NCBI GenBank assembly: GCA_963920595.1
Contig: OY986950.1
Span: 2,852,001-2,916,000 of the forward strand
DNA: 64,000 nucleotides
Source of the DNA: Eimeria praecox
Lineage: Eukaryota
Direction of reading: 5' to 3'
The notes under the pieces were generated by a model. That model was not told where the DNA came from. It saw only the letters and a program-made list of their open reading frames with translations, and did no database searches. Each line of letters opens with the position of its first letter. Within the stretch, counting starts at the first letter, position 1. Positions 63,352 to 64,000 of this stretch are shown piece after piece. The translations under genes were made by a program, and so were the position numbers.

Positions 63352-64000
63352 CTATACACCCCAAACCCTAAACCCTAAACCCTAAACCCTAAACCCTAAA
63401 CCCTAAACCCTCAGGAAGGGTTCTACTTGACCTCGCATAGTCTTATATCTGATTCGCTTGTTTTCTATTTCGCTGTATTTGCAACTCTGTTTTTTTTGTA
63501 TTGCTCTCGGGTGTATCTACAGCTCGAGTTAGATAAAGAAGTATTAATGTTTATTTGTTTAATTAGTTTAATAAAATATAAAATATAAAAAATAAAAAAT
63601 AAAAAATAAAAAATATAATATAAAATATAAACGATAGAAGATATAATATAAAAAATAAAAAGTATAATAGAAAAGATATAAAATAAAATATATAATATAA
63701 AATATAAACTATAAAAGATATAATATAAAACATATAATACAAAAGATATAATATTAAAGATATAATACAAAAGCCAAGAGATAAAATACAAAACATAAAA
63801 TATATAAAATATATGAAATATATAAAATATATGAAATATATAAAATATATAAAATATATAAAATATAAAAGATATATATAAAATGTATAGAATATAAAAG
63901 TTATATATAAAATATATAGAATATAAAAGCTATATAAAATATAAGATATATAAAATATATAAAATAAAAAATATATATACAATATATAAAATAAAAAATA

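Overview
Eukaryotic, intron-rich apicomplexan DNA, most likely an Eimeria (coccidian) species. It carries the Eimeria signature of pervasive (CAG)n tracts, interstitial telomere-like (AAACCCT)n arrays and TGCATGCA octamers. By hand-splicing I support seven genes. (1) A 5'-truncated hypothetical protein (+, <152-6974). (2) A two-exon hypothetical protein (+, 10586-12380). (3) SepSecS, O-phosphoseryl-tRNA(Sec) selenium transferase (-, 13857-22997, 15 exons, ~492 aa), which needs one GA-AG and one GC-AG intron. (4) A low-complexity hypothetical protein broken by a 200-N gap with a duplicated flank (+, 24173-~27014). (5) A 17-exon, ~1570-aa fusion of fatty acyl-CoA reductase and DHAP/G3P acyltransferase (FARAT-type) ending in a PTS1-like tripeptide ARM (+, 32133-46904). 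(6) A 9-exon hypothetical protein (+, 49169-52661). (7) The cohesin subunit SMC1 (-, 53753->63351, 5' end outside the window). The most interesting points are the putative peroxisomal FAR-acyltransferase fusion, the non-canonical SepSecS introns, intronic 'ghost' copies of exon ends that differ mostly at synonymous sites, inverted telomere-repeat pairs in introns, and a purine-rich GGGTGTATATGCAG acceptor motif. Most ORF-track entries are repeat artefacts. Gene models are manual and have no RNA support.
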